Shown here piece after piece: positions 10,133 through 24,141 of a stretch of DNA of 64,000 nt. The notes beneath the pieces were generated by a model. That model saw only the letters and a list, made by a program, of their open reading frames with translations. It did no database searches and was not told the DNA's origin. How positions within the stretch are numbered: position 1 is the first letter of the stretch; every line of letters begins with the position of its first letter. The translations under genes and the position numbers were made by a program. Origin of the DNA: Dictyostelium discoideum (taxonomy: Eukaryota); assembly GCA_000004695.1 (NCBI GenBank), contig CM000155.2, forward strand, positions 2,592,001 through 2,656,000. The letters are read 5' to 3'.

Positions 10133-10163
10133 CCGGCTTTGGCGCAATGGTAGCGCGATTGAG
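10133..10163 (+). pseudogene. tRNA-Tyr 5'-half relic (A-box region only)
   Basis: 39/39 identity to the 8-bp leader plus the first 31 nt of the tRNA-Tyr at 5198-5279 (TCATCAAACCGGCTTTGGCGCAATGGTAGCGCGATTGA). It diverges at the anticodon loop. No T arm or 3' half follows within 300 bp. Confidence 0.6.
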
Positions 10164-10477
10164 GACTCGACAATTTAAATATGTAATAATTAAATAAATA
10201 AATATTAAATATTAAATTATTATTATATAAAATAAATATTTAAATAAATATTTAAAATAAATTAAATTAAATAAAATTCGAGTCCTTCCACTTCCATTAC
10301 ATTAATTTGTAAATATTAAAAATGATTTCAAAAAATTTAGAGCAAAAGAAGAAGAAAAAAAAAAAAATTATTAACTACTAATTTTATAAGTAAAATATTT
10401 AAATAAAATGAAATGCAAATGCAAGTATTTCTAATTATTTTAATTATTTTAATTATTTTAATTATTTATTATTAGTA

Positions 10478-10909
10478 TTAATTAAAAATTAATTGTGATT
10501 TCATAATATTATGTAAATGATTTTTCTTTACACAATTGATAGATTCTTTTAATTCTTTAATCCAATCTTCTTTATCAGCTTCAGTTGTACTAATTACCAT
10601 ACCATTTTCACTTTTATCTCCACTCCAATTAATTTGAAAACAATATAAACCAGTCTCTGTATTATTTGCAGATTGTGGAACTTCTAAAACCTTTAAATCA
10701 ATCAATGGTATAGTTTTATAAATACTATATTTGTTTTTCTTTTGTTTAGTAATAAATAATAAATCATTAAATAATATGAAATATCTATATTTTGAAACTT
10801 TCTTTTGTCTACTTTCCATCATTAATCCATCTTTAATTAATTGTCTATTAATTATATTTAAATTTGTTGTTGTTGTTGTTGTTACATTATTTGAACTACT
10901 TGTATTTAA

Positions 10910-10968
<59 letters not shown>

Positions 10969-11854
10969 TATTATTATTATTACTCATATTTAAACCATTA
11001 TTATTAATACTTGAATTTAAACTAATATTATTATTATTAATACTTGTATTTAAACTATTATTATTATTATTACTACTACTACCATTTATATAAATTATAC
11101 TATTACTACTACCATGATGACTACTACCAGCACTATTACTACTACCACTATTAATTATAGCATTTTCTTTATTTGCATAAATATTTGGAGAGAATAATAT
11201 TTCAGATAAACCTATAACCTTTTCTTGAAGTAATAAAGTTTTTGAAACATTTTCAGCTTTTCTCTTTGATTCATTTAATTGATCAGTGATTTGTTTTGTT
11301 CTTTTTAGGACATCTTGAATTGCAACTCTTTCCAAAGTATCAACTGTATGATTTAATAGATCAGTTAAGAGTAGAATGTAACGTGGTACTCTTTGAACGG
11401 GTCTAATTAAATAACTATCGATTGTTTCACTTTTACATTGTTCAGAGAATTGACATTTCTCTAGAAACTCTTTAAATTTTGGTAATTTTGCACGATTTTC
11501 ATGTACACAATCCATTGCTTTATTGAAATTGTTAATATAGGTACGAAGTTCTTCAATGGTATCTTTTTGATCCCAATACCATTGTAAACAATGAGCCAAC
11601 TCTAATACATCCTTCTTGTCTGACATTCCTCTTAACTTTTTTAAGAATTCACAACTAACTCTAAATACTTTATCAATATTTGAAAATATTGTCTCTACTA
11701 AATCTAAACTTATAATTGGTGGTATAGTTGGTGATACTACTAATGGATTATAATAGACTTTAATACAAACTGATAATGCATGTATATAAACTTGTTCTGT
11801 ATCAATTAATTCTTTAATAATTCTACCTCTTCTAAATAATTTATTTGGTTCATC

Positions 11855-11916
<62 letters not shown>

Positions 11917-12156
11917 GAGCTTGAAATTGTGGTTGTTCTTCAATAATATTTTGTTGTATTGTTTGTGATTGAATTTGTGGTGATTGTATTTGTTGTTGTT
12001 GTGCTTGTTGTTGTGCTTGTAATTGTGGTGTTGTTTGTGATTTAATTTGTGGTGATTGTTGTTCAATAGATAAGGATGGTAAATTATTAATTTGTTGGTG
12101 TTGTTGTACTACTTGTGGTGATTGTTGTGGTGATTGTAATGGAGTATTAATATAGA

Positions 12157-12224
<68 letters not shown>

Positions 12225-13710
12225 GGTGGTGGTGGTAATTGAGGTTGTGATTGATATATTGGTGATTGAAGTAAACTACTTGCACTATTACTTGTACTAT
12301 TATTAATACTATTTGATTTACTATTACTATTAGATGAATCAATAGAATTTGTTAAATTATTATTATTATTTGGTGGTGAAGTACTTTTTGAAAAACGAAA
12401 TATTGAACCTCTAAAACCAGGTGAATTGAGAGTATTTTGATTTGAACAAGTTGTTTGAAAACTTAAACTATCGAAAGGATCTAAATCAGACATATCCTCT
12501 ATCATTGCTAATTCATTTTGAGTTTCAAAAGAGATTGGTACTTTAATATTATCCAATGCATTTAAAATTGAATCTCTAACTTGACCATGTGGATAATTTA
12601 TTAACTCTATCAAATCACGGCCACAATCTGATTGAGAGATTTTAAATCTACAATGTTCATCAATGCATAGATTGGCAATGAGTAATGATATCGCCTCCAA
12701 TAGTTGACTTGTATGATTGGGTTTATCTTTTAACAATTCCGATAACCCATCGATGAGATAATTTGATCTCAACACTTTTCTAATATCAGCATTTGATGTT
12801 AAATTGGCTAAACAACTCACACACAATGATTTCAACTCTATCGTAGTGGAACTTATCGATACGACAATATCAACCAATGGCATGATCGCACCCGCTTGTA
12901 ATATTGGTCGTTCAGTTTCTTCGGTCAATGAAAGGTTGATTAGGATCTTTATGGTTTGCTCCTTGATTGGAAGAGGCGTTGAAGGGGATGATAGCAGGGT
13001 AACCAATTGGTTCAATATGCCTGATATGGCTAGAATCCTACGGATTAGGGGATGGTAGATGGTCAAAACATGTATCAACCCAATCAAGGACAATATCATC
13101 TGATTGGACGCCTGCTGCTCTCGTTGGGATGTCCTGTTAGTGGTGGCTATTAACATTTGATTTATAGTTTGAATGATACCTGAATGACAAAATATCTTTT
13201 GATTATCTAAATATTCTCCACATGAATCTTTATGTAATAAATTCCTAAGTATACCACATGATAATATAACCATACTATAATTATTACTCTTTCTCTTTAA
13301 AAACTCAATCAATATTTCAACTATACCATATTCTAATAATAAATGAGAATTATCATAATTCAATGTAATATTTAACATTAACCATAATACCTTTTCCGTT
13401 ATATCTTCATTCTCTCTTTCACTTTCTTTTAATAATTTTATTATAATTTCAATTAAATCCCATTTTAATATAATTTCACTATTTTCATCTATATATATAT
13501 ATATAATTTATTTTTTAAATTTTAAATTAATTATTTATTTATTATTATTTTATAATTATAATAATTATAATAACAAACATTTTAAACCTAAATGACTTAA
13601 TAACCAAGCTGAAAGCATTTGAATAACTTCATTATTTGATTGTATTAATTCTTTAAACCTTTTACTTCCAACTAATTTTAAAATTATATTATGATATTCA
13701 TCTATAATTT

Positions 13711-13746
<36 letters not shown>

Positions 13747-13900
13747 TATTTCTAAATTTTATTATTATTGTAATTATTATTTTCTATAAAAATATATATA
13801 TACTCTCTGTTGATATATTAATTAAAATTCTTAAACAATTTTCTTGAATTGAGACATCTGAAGAATGTAATCTTTCAATTGTATTCCTAATTTTCTCCAT
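10478..13900 (-). CDS. RhoGEF (DH-PH) protein with N-terminal armadillo-like repeats, poly-Q/poly-N linkers; ~1073 aa
   Basis: The DH domain has the hallmarks IKELIDTEQVYIHAL and LIRPVQRVPRYILLLTDLL, followed by a PH-like C-terminus. Model: join(13900..13804, 13701..13588, 13488..10478). Introns are GTATAT..TAG and GTTTAA..TAG, both phase-1 consistent. The second donor is non-canonical. Confidence 0.75.
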
Positions 13901-14570
13901 ATATATATTATATATAAATAAATTGGCGCTGGTGTGTTTAAATAATAATTTTTTTTTTTTTTTTTTTTTTTTTTTTCTGTCTAAATTTCCTTTTTTTTCT
14001 TTTTATATTTATTTTATTTTTTTTACTATAAAAGTAATTATTTTTTAAACCAAAAAAAAAAAAAAAATTAAAAAAATTATATATATATATAAATATTTTC
14101 AATTATTACTTTTTTATCCGATATCTTTTCTATTTTTTTTTATTTTTTTTATTTATTTTTTAAATTATTGTGATAATTTAATTATAAAGTTTAATTTATT
14201 TGATATATTTCGGGTGAATGTTGGGTAAAAGTGGGGTCTTATTGAATTTTGTTTGTGTGATAGTTTTTATTATTATTTTTATTATTTTTTTTTATTTTTT
14301 TAACTTTTTTTATTTTATTTTTTTTTTTTATTTTTTTTTTTTTTTTCAAGTAAATGATGAGGATTTTGTTTATTTTTTAATATAAACTTTTTTGAGTGAG
14401 AGTGGGTTTAAACAATTCTAAATATAGATTAATATAGATATATTAATCTATATTAATCTATTGGTAATGAAGAAAAAAATAAAAAAATAAAAAATTATGA
14501 AAACTTTTTTTTTTAATTTTTTATTTTTATTTTCTTTTTTTTTTGTTTTTTATTTTTTTTTTTAATTTTT

Positions 14571-14603
<33 letters not shown>

Positions 14604-15098
14604 TTTTTTTTTTTTTTGATATGATCTAAAATCGTTTAAATTTAATTAATTAATGAAATCGTTTTTTTTTTATTTTTTATTATTATTTTTTTTATTTTTT
14701 ATTTTAAATATATCTATTAAAAACTTTATTTTTAAAATGTAATATTACTTATTGTTATTTCCTATATGTAAGTATTAATTTTATTTTTAAAAATAAAAAA
14801 AAAAAAAATAAAAAAAAAAAATAAAAAAAAAAGATTTATAAATAAATAATTTGGAAACTAATCTGATTTTTATTTTTCAAAATTCAAATCCAATTTGGGA
14901 ATTGGGAAATTAAAATATGACGACAAAAAGGATTTGATTTTTTTTATTTTTTATTAATTTTTTTTTTTTTTTTTTTTAAAAAAATTATTTTTTCATTTTT
15001 TTTTTTTTTTTTTAATTTTATTTTTTATTTTTCCAAACAACTCACTCAATATACTAATACCAGATATAAGTTAATATTTGTGGGTAGTTTTTTAAAAA

Positions 15099-15116
15099 AT
15101 GGATAATGATGATATA

Positions 15117-15160
<44 letters not shown>

Positions 15161-15804
15161 TTCCCAAGAGTTAGATCAACAAGAGCAAACTCAAGAGGAA
15201 ATTACAAAACAAAGAATTCAAAAAAGAAAAGAAGAAGCCAAGAGAATAATGGAAGAAAGAAAAAAAAGAGAACAACAACCACCATCTCAAAGACAATATG
15301 AAGATGTTGAAGATGATCAACAACAACAACCAATTAGACCAATAAAACAATTACCTCAAAGACAACAACAATATGATGATAATGATGAACCACCACAACA
15401 ACAACAATATGAACCAAAAATTAGTCAAAGAAAAGTACCTTTACCACCAATGAAACAACCAACAACATCATCAACAGCATCAGCAGCAACAGGATCAATA
15501 TTATCTCCATCATCTAATTTTAGAGAGGATATGGTAAAGAAAGCAGTTTTATTTTTAAATAACCCAAATGTAAAAAACACAGCACTCGCTAGAAAAGTTG
15601 CATATCTTGAAAAGAAAGGTTTAACAAGTGATGAAGTTAAAGAAGCATTAAAAAGAGTTGAAACTGGTAATATTAATGGTAGTAGTACTAATAATTCAAA
15701 TATCACACAATCAAATTCTATTTCAAGAACAAGAAATGATAATTATGGTAATAATAATAATAATAGTAGTAATAATAATAATAATATACAACAACAACAA
15801 TATT

Positions 15805-15842
<38 letters not shown>

Positions 15843-16865
15843 ATGGCATTAACTCAAATTCAAAGTTACCAAAAGAGATTGGAAGCAGATGATCAAAGAA
15901 TTGCACAATTAATGATGAATAATAATCGTTTCTCTTGGAATAGTTTCTTATTTTCAGTAACAGCTATTGTCGGAGCAGCATCTGGTTTAGCTTATTTAAC
16001 ATCAAACTATATCATTCCATTCCTTAATGGTGGTAAAACCAATAAAGATGCATCAGCAAATATGGATAAAAAGATCACAAGTTTACAAGAAGAGATCATC
16101 AAATTACAATCAACAATCATTCAACAAGGTAATGATTTCAGAGAGTCCACAAAATCTTTGAAAACTTTAATTGAACAACAACAACAACAAATTTTACAAC
16201 AACAACAAATTAACTCTGTATCAACTACTACAAATTCTGCAACTTCTGCTTCAAATTCTTCTGAAATCGTTGAAATTAAAAAAGAATTAAAAAATTTAAT
16301 AAATTTAATTGGTAATAAAGAAAATAGTAATAATAGTAATAATAATAGCAATAATAGCAATAATAATAATGGATATAGTAAATATAATGGTTTTAATGGT
16401 GTTTATAATAAAAGTTCATATGACGATGTATCAACTAATAATAATAATAAAACTAATTCACCACCATCACCAAATAAACCAACTACAACAACTACAACTA
16501 CAGCAACATCAACACCAGGTTCAAATATAAGTAATACAAATAAAACTTTACCACCAATTATTAAAACAAATCCATATTCACATTTATCATGGAAATTACC
16601 AACAGATCAACCACCAGTAATTCCATCATGGCAACAAAAATCATCAAATCCACCATCAGATCTTTCAAATGCTAATGATAAATCATCACCTTCAAATTCA
16701 AATCCATCAACACCAACTAAACCTTATCAATCTTCATTCAATTATGGTGATGTTAATTCATTTGTTGGTGGTTCCAATACTTTGAATTTTGATGAAAAAC
16801 CAACTACCACCACCACAACATCTACTACTCCTTCTAATGAAAGACCATCCTCACCATCTGTTAAC

Positions 16866-16933
<68 letters not shown>

Positions 16934-17345
16934 AACAATTGCTTCAACTTCAAACGAAAGTAACAATTCAAAAGTTGAAACAACTTCAAATGATTCAGAT
17001 AAATCTACTTCACCATCTTCATCATCAAATAATACAACCTCAACCACCGCCACCACCACCACCATCACTAGTGCTTCAACAGAGGATAATAAACAACAAT
17101 CTGATGAAACACCATATTCATCAGACTTTTTGGATGTTATCAATCAATTGAAACAAGGTAAAACTCCACCAGGTATTAGAACTGATATTGATGATAAACC
17201 ATTAGAAAATTCAACCGTCACAAAGTCTGCAAAAGAAAGACCAAAGAAACCTTGGGAAAGAGATACTCTCACTTCAGTAACAAATAATTTATCAGTTGAA
17301 GAAACTCAAACAATTAATAATACTGATTCATCAGTTGAAAAATAA
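15099..17345 (+). CDS. pex14: peroxin-14 (PEX14) homologue, 748 aa
   Basis: Conserved PEX14 N-terminal domain FREDMVKKAVLFLNNPNVKNTALARKVAYLEKKGLTSDEVKEAL. A hydrophobic segment and a coiled coil follow. Single exon. Confidence 0.75.
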
Positions 17346-17478
17346 AATAAAAATAAAATAAAAAATAAAATAACATATTTTATTATTTATAATTTTTTTT
17401 TGAACACCAAAATAATAATAATAAAATTTATTTATTTATTAATTTATTTATTATTAATTTGAATAGAAAATTGATTTT

Positions 17479-17928
17479 TTATCCACTGTAAACATTAAAA
17501 GTTTTACCGGAATTTAAACTTTGTAACATGGCATTACGAACTTTTCTTTGAACTTCTTTTTGTTCATTAGTTTTAGAGGACATTACATTCTCACAAACAT
17601 TAACATGAGCAACAGTTGATGAACCAGAGATACCATTTACTTGAGCTTGTAAGTTATGCCATTTTTGACCATTTTGAGTGAAAACACCTTGCATATCAAT
17701 TCTTATGGTACCATGATTTCCAATAGTTCCTTGTTTGAGTTTAAAAATGCTTGCATAATCAATTTGAGAATTTGCTTCACTAACATCTTTTTTATTTTTA
17801 TCTGTTAATGATTGTTTAAACTTATTTGGAATATCACCACCTTTAGAAACTACAACACTTGCATAGGTATTACTAACAATTGAGAGTAATAAAATTCCTA
17901 ACAAAACTAATTGTTTTAAATTATTCAT
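17479..17928 (-). CDS. small secreted protein (149 aa, signal peptide), unknown family
   Basis: ATG in gaaATGaat context. N-terminal MNNLKQLVLLGILLLSIVSNTYA. Confidence 0.55.
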   Translation of the reverse strand: MNNLKQLVLLGILLLSIVSNTYASVVVSKGGDIPNKFKQSLTDKNKKDVSEANSQIDYASIFKLKQGTIGNHGTIRIDMQGVFTQNGQKWHNLQAQVNGISGSSTVAHVNVCENVMSSKTNEQKEVQRKVRNAMLQSLNSGKTFNVYSG

Positions 17929-18345
17929 TTCTTAATTAATAGTTTGTTTTGTTTTGTTTTTTTTTTTTTTTAAATATGATAAATTTTTTTTAATTTATAA
18001 TTTTTTTTTTTTTTTTTTTAAAAATAAATAAATAAAAAAAACAATAATATGGAGTTTTAAAAAAGATTGTTTTTCCTTCTTTTTTTATTTAAATGGGGGT
18101 ATTAAATTTTAAATTATTATAAAATTAATCATTTGTAAATTTTCATTGGTAAATTTGTTTAATAATTTTTTACAATAATAAAATGACGTATTTTTAGGAA
18201 AAAAAAAAAAAAAAANAAAAAAAAAAAAAAAAAAAAAAAAAAACAAAAAATTAATATTAATAAAAAATTATAATTTATTTTTTAATGTTTATTATTTGTT
18301 TTGTTAAATAATAAACTTGATGGATTAAATTATTATTGATATTAA

Positions 18346-18394
<49 letters not shown>

Positions 18395-18414
18395 ATTATT
18401 TTTTATTAATTTGA

Positions 18415-18912
18415 TTATTCAATAATTTCAATAAAAGATTTAAAATAAAGAAAACTTGCTTGTAAACCTTCAACAATTGTATGTTTAGCATATTGATAAA
18501 GTATATCATTTATTCTTGAAATTTTAATTGTTGAGAGTGATACATAAAAATTTGCAATGTTAACATTATCTTTTCGATCATTAAATCTTACAATTATATT
18601 ATAAAATGAAATATTATTTAATTTTTCATTTATGAATAACGCATCACTTATTACATCGATATTATCATATTGTGAAATTGGATTATCTTGACTTGATACA
18701 TAATAAAGGTTAATGAATTTAAGTGCTTTTAAAAAACAAATATTTTCTTTATCTGTTAATTCATTTGCATAATTATTTGGAATATTGAAAATTGGTTTAC
18801 TTTTTATTTTCCATACTTTACTTTCAACTTCTCCATTTATGTTATTAATACATATTATAATAATTACAAGTAATATGAAAAATAAAATTTTATTTAAATT
18901 TATATTTTTCAT
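18415..18912 (-). CDS. small secreted protein (165 aa, signal peptide), unknown family
   Basis: N-terminal MKNINLNKILFFILLVIIIICINNINGE. Clean ORF. Confidence 0.5.
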   Translation of the reverse strand: MKNINLNKILFFILLVIIIICINNINGEVESKVWKIKSKPIFNIPNNYANELTDKENICFLKALKFINLYYVSSQDNPISQYDNIDVISDALFINEKLNNISFYNIIVRFNDRKDNVNIANFYVSLSTIKISRINDILYQYAKHTIVEGLQASFLYFKSFIEIIE

Positions 18913-19895
18913 ATCTTTTTTCAGACCTTTTATTTCTTATTTAAAATTTTTTTTTTTTTTTTTTTTTTTGATTCAAAATTGTAATAATAATAATTATTAT
19001 TTTTATATTAATTTATTGTTTTATTTTTTAAAGGGTAAAATAAAAAAATTAAATATGCAAATAATTATTTAATTTAATTTAATTCTTTATTCATTAAAAA
19101 AAAAAAAAAAAAATTAAAAAAAAAAAAAAAAAAAAAAAATTATAATAACAAGGTTAAGGTAAAAAAAGACAAAATGATAAAAACTTTTATAACCAACAAA
19201 TTAAAAAATTATTACTTTTTGAATTTTAGTTTGTATAATCTTGGGTAATCATTTTTATAAAAAAAATAATAATTAATTTTGTTCTTTCTCTGTCTGCATT
19301 TAATAAATGAAAAAGCTAAGATTCATTAAAATATAAAAAAAAAAAAAAAACTGCCATACATTTATGGAAATATGGTACAAACTAAAGAAATAAAATCTCG
19401 GACATTAAAAAAAGTTACTATTTAATTTTCATATGTATGTTTTTTTTTTTTTTTTTTTTATTATTCCCATTTATTATTCATATGAAATAAAAATAAAAGG
19501 ATAGCTAACAATTAGTAATTGATTTTAATCCAAATAATATATCTATTAGTCCTAATTAAAAATTATAGGTGTTTTGATAATACACTTGAAAATCTAAACA
19601 ATTAAAGAATTTTCTTAAATCTTCCCCCTTTTTTATTTTTTTATTTTTTTTTTTTATTTAATTTCTTTTATCCTACTAAAAAAATTATATTTTTTCATTT
19701 TATTTTTTCTATTATTAAATCTGGAAATTTCCAATTATAAATTAATTTGACAATCTAACACTGATTGAGAAAAGGTGTTCGATCTTCTCCTTTTTATTAA
19801 TTTCATTACTCCAGTTAATTAACAAGGAACTAAATACCAACTTGAAAAATAGGTCAACATTCTGATTATAAAAAAATAGTTTTGTGGGTAGTTAG

Positions 19896-19926
<31 letters not shown>

Positions 19927-20160
19927 ATTGGGATTAAAAATAAATTAGGGGGTGGGAAAATAATTATTAATTAATATTAAAATTAAAAAAAATTAAAAAA
20001 AAAAAATAAACAAAACGGTGTTTTTGATCACCCATTAACAATCAAATTTGAAAATTTTTTTTTTTTTTTTTATTTTTTTTATTTTTTTATTTTTTTATTT
20101 TTTTTCTTTCTGATATTTTTAATTCAGATAATATTGGCACAAAAATAAAAACCAATTAAA

Positions 20161-21169
20161 ATGATAAGAACTGAAGAAAGAAATAAAAATAATTATAACA
20201 CCTTTAATGGTAACAATGATAATAATAATAATAATAATAATGAAATAATTAATAAAAATAATAAAAATGTTATTAATAATAATGGATCTTGGGTATCTTC
20301 AAATAAATGTATGTTAAAAAAAAAAAAAAATAAAATAAAAAATATCTGAAAAAATAAAAAATAAAAAATAAAAAATAAAAAATAAAAAATAAAAAATAAA
20401 AATAAAAATAAAAAAATAAATTAATATCTTTTATTAATACTTAAATTTATTTATTTATTTAAATTTATTTTATTTTATTTTATTTATTTATATAAAAAAA
20501 AAAAAAAAAGCATTTAAAAATCAATTTTATTTAAAGGAAACATTGGATTCATTTTCATCAAATCCAGTTAACGAGATAATTATATTACGTATATCAATAC
20601 CAGAGTTAAATGTTATTTCATTATTTAAAATTGATAGAGATTCAACAGTTAAGGAATTACTTTACCAAGTTATAAGTAAAAAAAGTTTACAAATGAATGT
20701 TTATAGTTTATATTTAATGCCAAATAAAAGAGTTGATTTTGGAATGTGGTTAGATGATTCAAAACCATTGTTTCTATATGAATTGAATGATAATGATTTA
20801 GTTGAATGTAAAAGAAGATTAATTACAGATTTCTCAAATCAATTTCATATTAAAGTTGTTTTTCCTGAACAAATGAAATCAAAAACAATTCATGTTGATG
20901 CAAAAATGTTAGTTAAAGATGCAATAAATTTAATAAATTCAAAAATGGATATTCAAACTCAAATTCCAAATCAAGATATTAATAATTATGGTTTATATTC
21001 TTTAATTTTAGATACAACAACAACTAATACACCATCAACAAATACACCATCAACTTCAATTTTAATGAAAGATGATGATTTATTATCAAGTTATTCAATG
21101 GGTAGTAATATGAATGTAATGGAATTTAGAAAAAAAGAAATTGTAGTTGTATCATTATTTAATTATCAA

Positions 21170-21201
<32 letters not shown>

Positions 21202-24005
21202 TAATAATAATAATAGTAGTGTTAGTGGTGGTAATGGATATCAAACATTAATATCATCAACATTATCAACATGTAAAACAACAACAACAACAACAACAAT
21301 AACAACAATAAATAGTAATAATATGACAAATAATAATAATAATAATAAATTACCACCACCACCAGTACCAAAAAGGTCTGATTTACAAAGTCAACAAGAA
21401 TCACCACCACCATCACCACAACTTCCACCACCACCACTACCACCATCACCACAACAAATTCCATCACCACCATCACCACCAACATTATCAATTCAAATTA
21501 AATCAAATGTTTATGATATTATAAATGAAATTAAAGAGTGGTTAAAATTAAATTTTAATATTGAAATTACAAATCAATATAAGATGATGTTATTACAATC
21601 AAGACAATTAAAATTATGGTTAATTGATAGTAAACCATTAAATTCTTATCATATTAGAAAGAATGATTCATTATATTTATTTCCAAAGATAACAGAAGAA
21701 GTTAATCTTGATGAAGGAATTTGTTTAAAAGTTAGATTCTCTGCATGTAATGTTGTAAATGATGTAAATAGTAGTAATACAAATAGTAGATTAACTACAA
21801 AAACTTTACCTGGTGAAGTATTAATTTTAAAAATTGAAAATGTTGTAATGTTAAATATAGTTTCAAGAAAACCATTATTTGGTGATATTTATATGACAAA
21901 TTTTCAATTAATTTTTATAACTAGAGAAGCTGTATGTATTATTATAGTTATAATATTAAATATATTAAATAAATATTAATATATAATTTTTATAGAATAA
22001 AGAATATAATATTCATTTAGGAGTAATTTCAAAAATTGATAAAGTTTCAAATAAATCAAAACAAACATTTTGTTTTTTAGATTTACATTGTAAAGATTTT
22101 AGATTTATTAGATTAGTATTTGTTTCTAAAGATAAATCTAGAAAGAAATTATATTTAACATTAAAACATCAATGTTTTCCTGGTATTCAAACTAAACTAT
22201 TTTCATTTTATAATAAAGAAGTATTTTATTATAAACAAAATAATATAAAAATTGGTGGTGGTGGTGGTGGTGGTGATTGTTTTATTAGTAAAATTGGTGA
22301 TAAAATTAATGGTTGGTTAATTTATAATTCAGAGAGAGAATATAAGAGAATGAATATTAAAGCTGGAAGTGGTTGGAGAATTTCAACAATTAATAATGAT
22401 TTTAAAAAGTGTGAGAGTTATCCAAAATTAATAGTTGTACCTGAAACAATCACTGATACTCAATTGGTTGATGTTTTCATATTTAGATCAAAAGGTCGTA
22501 TCCCTGTATTATCTTGGAAACATCCTTCAAATGGTACAACAATTACAAGATGTTCACAACCTTTAGTTGGTTTAACTGGTAGTAGATGTATTGATGATGA
22601 ATTATTAATTAAACAAATTTCATCACCAACAATAATTCAACAACCACAATCACAACAACAATCTTCATCACCTCCACCTTCATTTATTAATTATTCATCA
22701 ACAACATCAACAAACTCAACACCAAATTTAAATCAAATTAATAATATTAATGATAATTTTAAAAGTTTAAATAATTCAGGAAACAGTATAGTTTTTAATA
22801 AAAGGCAATCATACATTTCAAATTCATTATCAAATTTAGAATCATCATTAGTTAGTAATAATAATAATAATAATAGTAATATTAATAATAATAATAATAA
22901 TAATAATGTTGAAAAAATATTAAATTTATTAGATGCTAGACCAAAAGTTAATGCAATGAGTAATAAAGCATTTATGGGAGCAGGATTTGAAAATGTTTCA
23001 ACATTTTATTCATGTTGTAATATAGATTTCTTAAATATAGGTAATATTCATGTAATGCGTGATTCTTATGAAAAATTAAAATCAACTTGTATAGATTCAC
23101 TTGGTGGTATTAAAGAAATTAAAAATAGTAATAATACAAATCAAGATAATAATAATAATAATTTTAATTTAAATAATAGTAATAGTAATAATAATAATAA
23201 TAATACAAATGTAAATAGTGATAATAATAATAATAATAATATTGTAAGAAGTGAAAGTGAAGAAGAATTAAGTAGTTTTTTATTAGAGAATGAAACACCA
23301 ATTAGTAGTATTCATAGTAGTGATATAATTGATAATAATGAAGGATATAATGGTACAAATATTAAATGGTTTGAAGGTATTGAATCATCTAGATGGTTTG
23401 ATCATATTATTTTAATATTAAAAGGTTCAATTAGAATCGTTGAATCAATTCATAAACAATGTACATCTGTATTAATTCATTGTAGTGATGGTTGGGATAG
23501 AACACCTCAGCTATCCTCTATATCAATGATTATGTTAGACCCATACTATAGAACATTGGAGGGTTTCATTGTGTTGATTGAAAAGGAATGGTTGGAATTT
23601 GGTCATAAATTTAATGATCGTATTGGTCAGGGTGATTCAAAACATCTAGATGAAAGGTCACCTGTATTCGTTCAATTCATTGAATGCGTGTATCATATAA
23701 TGGAGCAATTTAAAAATTATTTCGAATTCAATAGTCAAGTCCTTGTTGAAATATTAGTTAATGGTTTATATTCAAATAGGTTCGGTACATTTTTATATAA
23801 TACTGTAAGAGAAAGAGAAATCAATAAAGTACAATTGGAAACTGCTTCAATTTGGTCTTTAATCTTATCAAATTACTCTTTTTATATTAATCAAAACTAT
23901 ACAAGAATGGATAAAGTTTTAATACCTTCAATTGCAATACCATATTTTAGTCTTTGGAAAGATTATTATTTAAAATATTTATTATCAACAACTTCAATAA
24001 ATTAA
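20161..24005 (+). CDS. myotubularin-related phosphoinositide 3-phosphatase (GRAM + PTP domains), ~1170 aa
   Basis: Active site VLIHCSDGWDRT (CX5R). GRAM motif GDIYMTNFQLIF. Signature SGWRISTINNDFKKCESYPKLIVVP. Model: join(20161..20292?, 20537..21931, 21996..24005). The 64-nt intron GTATGT..TATAG is firm and in frame. The track's M at 20543 is TTG, so the ATG exon at 20161 (donor GTATCT, acceptor AAAG at 20536) is tentative. Confidence 0.8.
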
Positions 24006-24109
24006 TAAATTAATAAATTAATAATTAAATAAATAATAATAGTTAATAATAAAAAATTAAAATTAAAATATGTGGTATTATAAATAATTTATTAAATAAT
24101 TTCCTTTTT

Positions 24110-24141
<32 letters not shown>

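Noticed and set aside
10731-12342. Antisense and alternate-frame ORFs inside the RhoGEF gene (10731..11093 +, 11806..12066 -, 12109..12342 -)
   Set aside because: These are translations of (ATT)n and (CAA/GTT)n coding repeats in the wrong frame or strand. The DH-PH reading frame is the real one.
15425-17151. Overlapping ORFs on both strands within pex14 (15425..15706 -, 15658..15852 +, 15718..15906 -, 16121..16360 -, 16309..16530 +, 16742..17143 -, 16789..17151 +)
   Set aside because: Artefacts of AAT/CAA repeat tracts. Only the 748-aa plus-strand frame has domain content.
20543-21979. Track ORFs beginning with M at 20543, 25977, 31660, 43154, 57804 and 59160 taken as gene starts
   Set aside because: These M residues are TTG/GTG codons inside exons. 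The real starts are upstream ATG exons or are unresolved.
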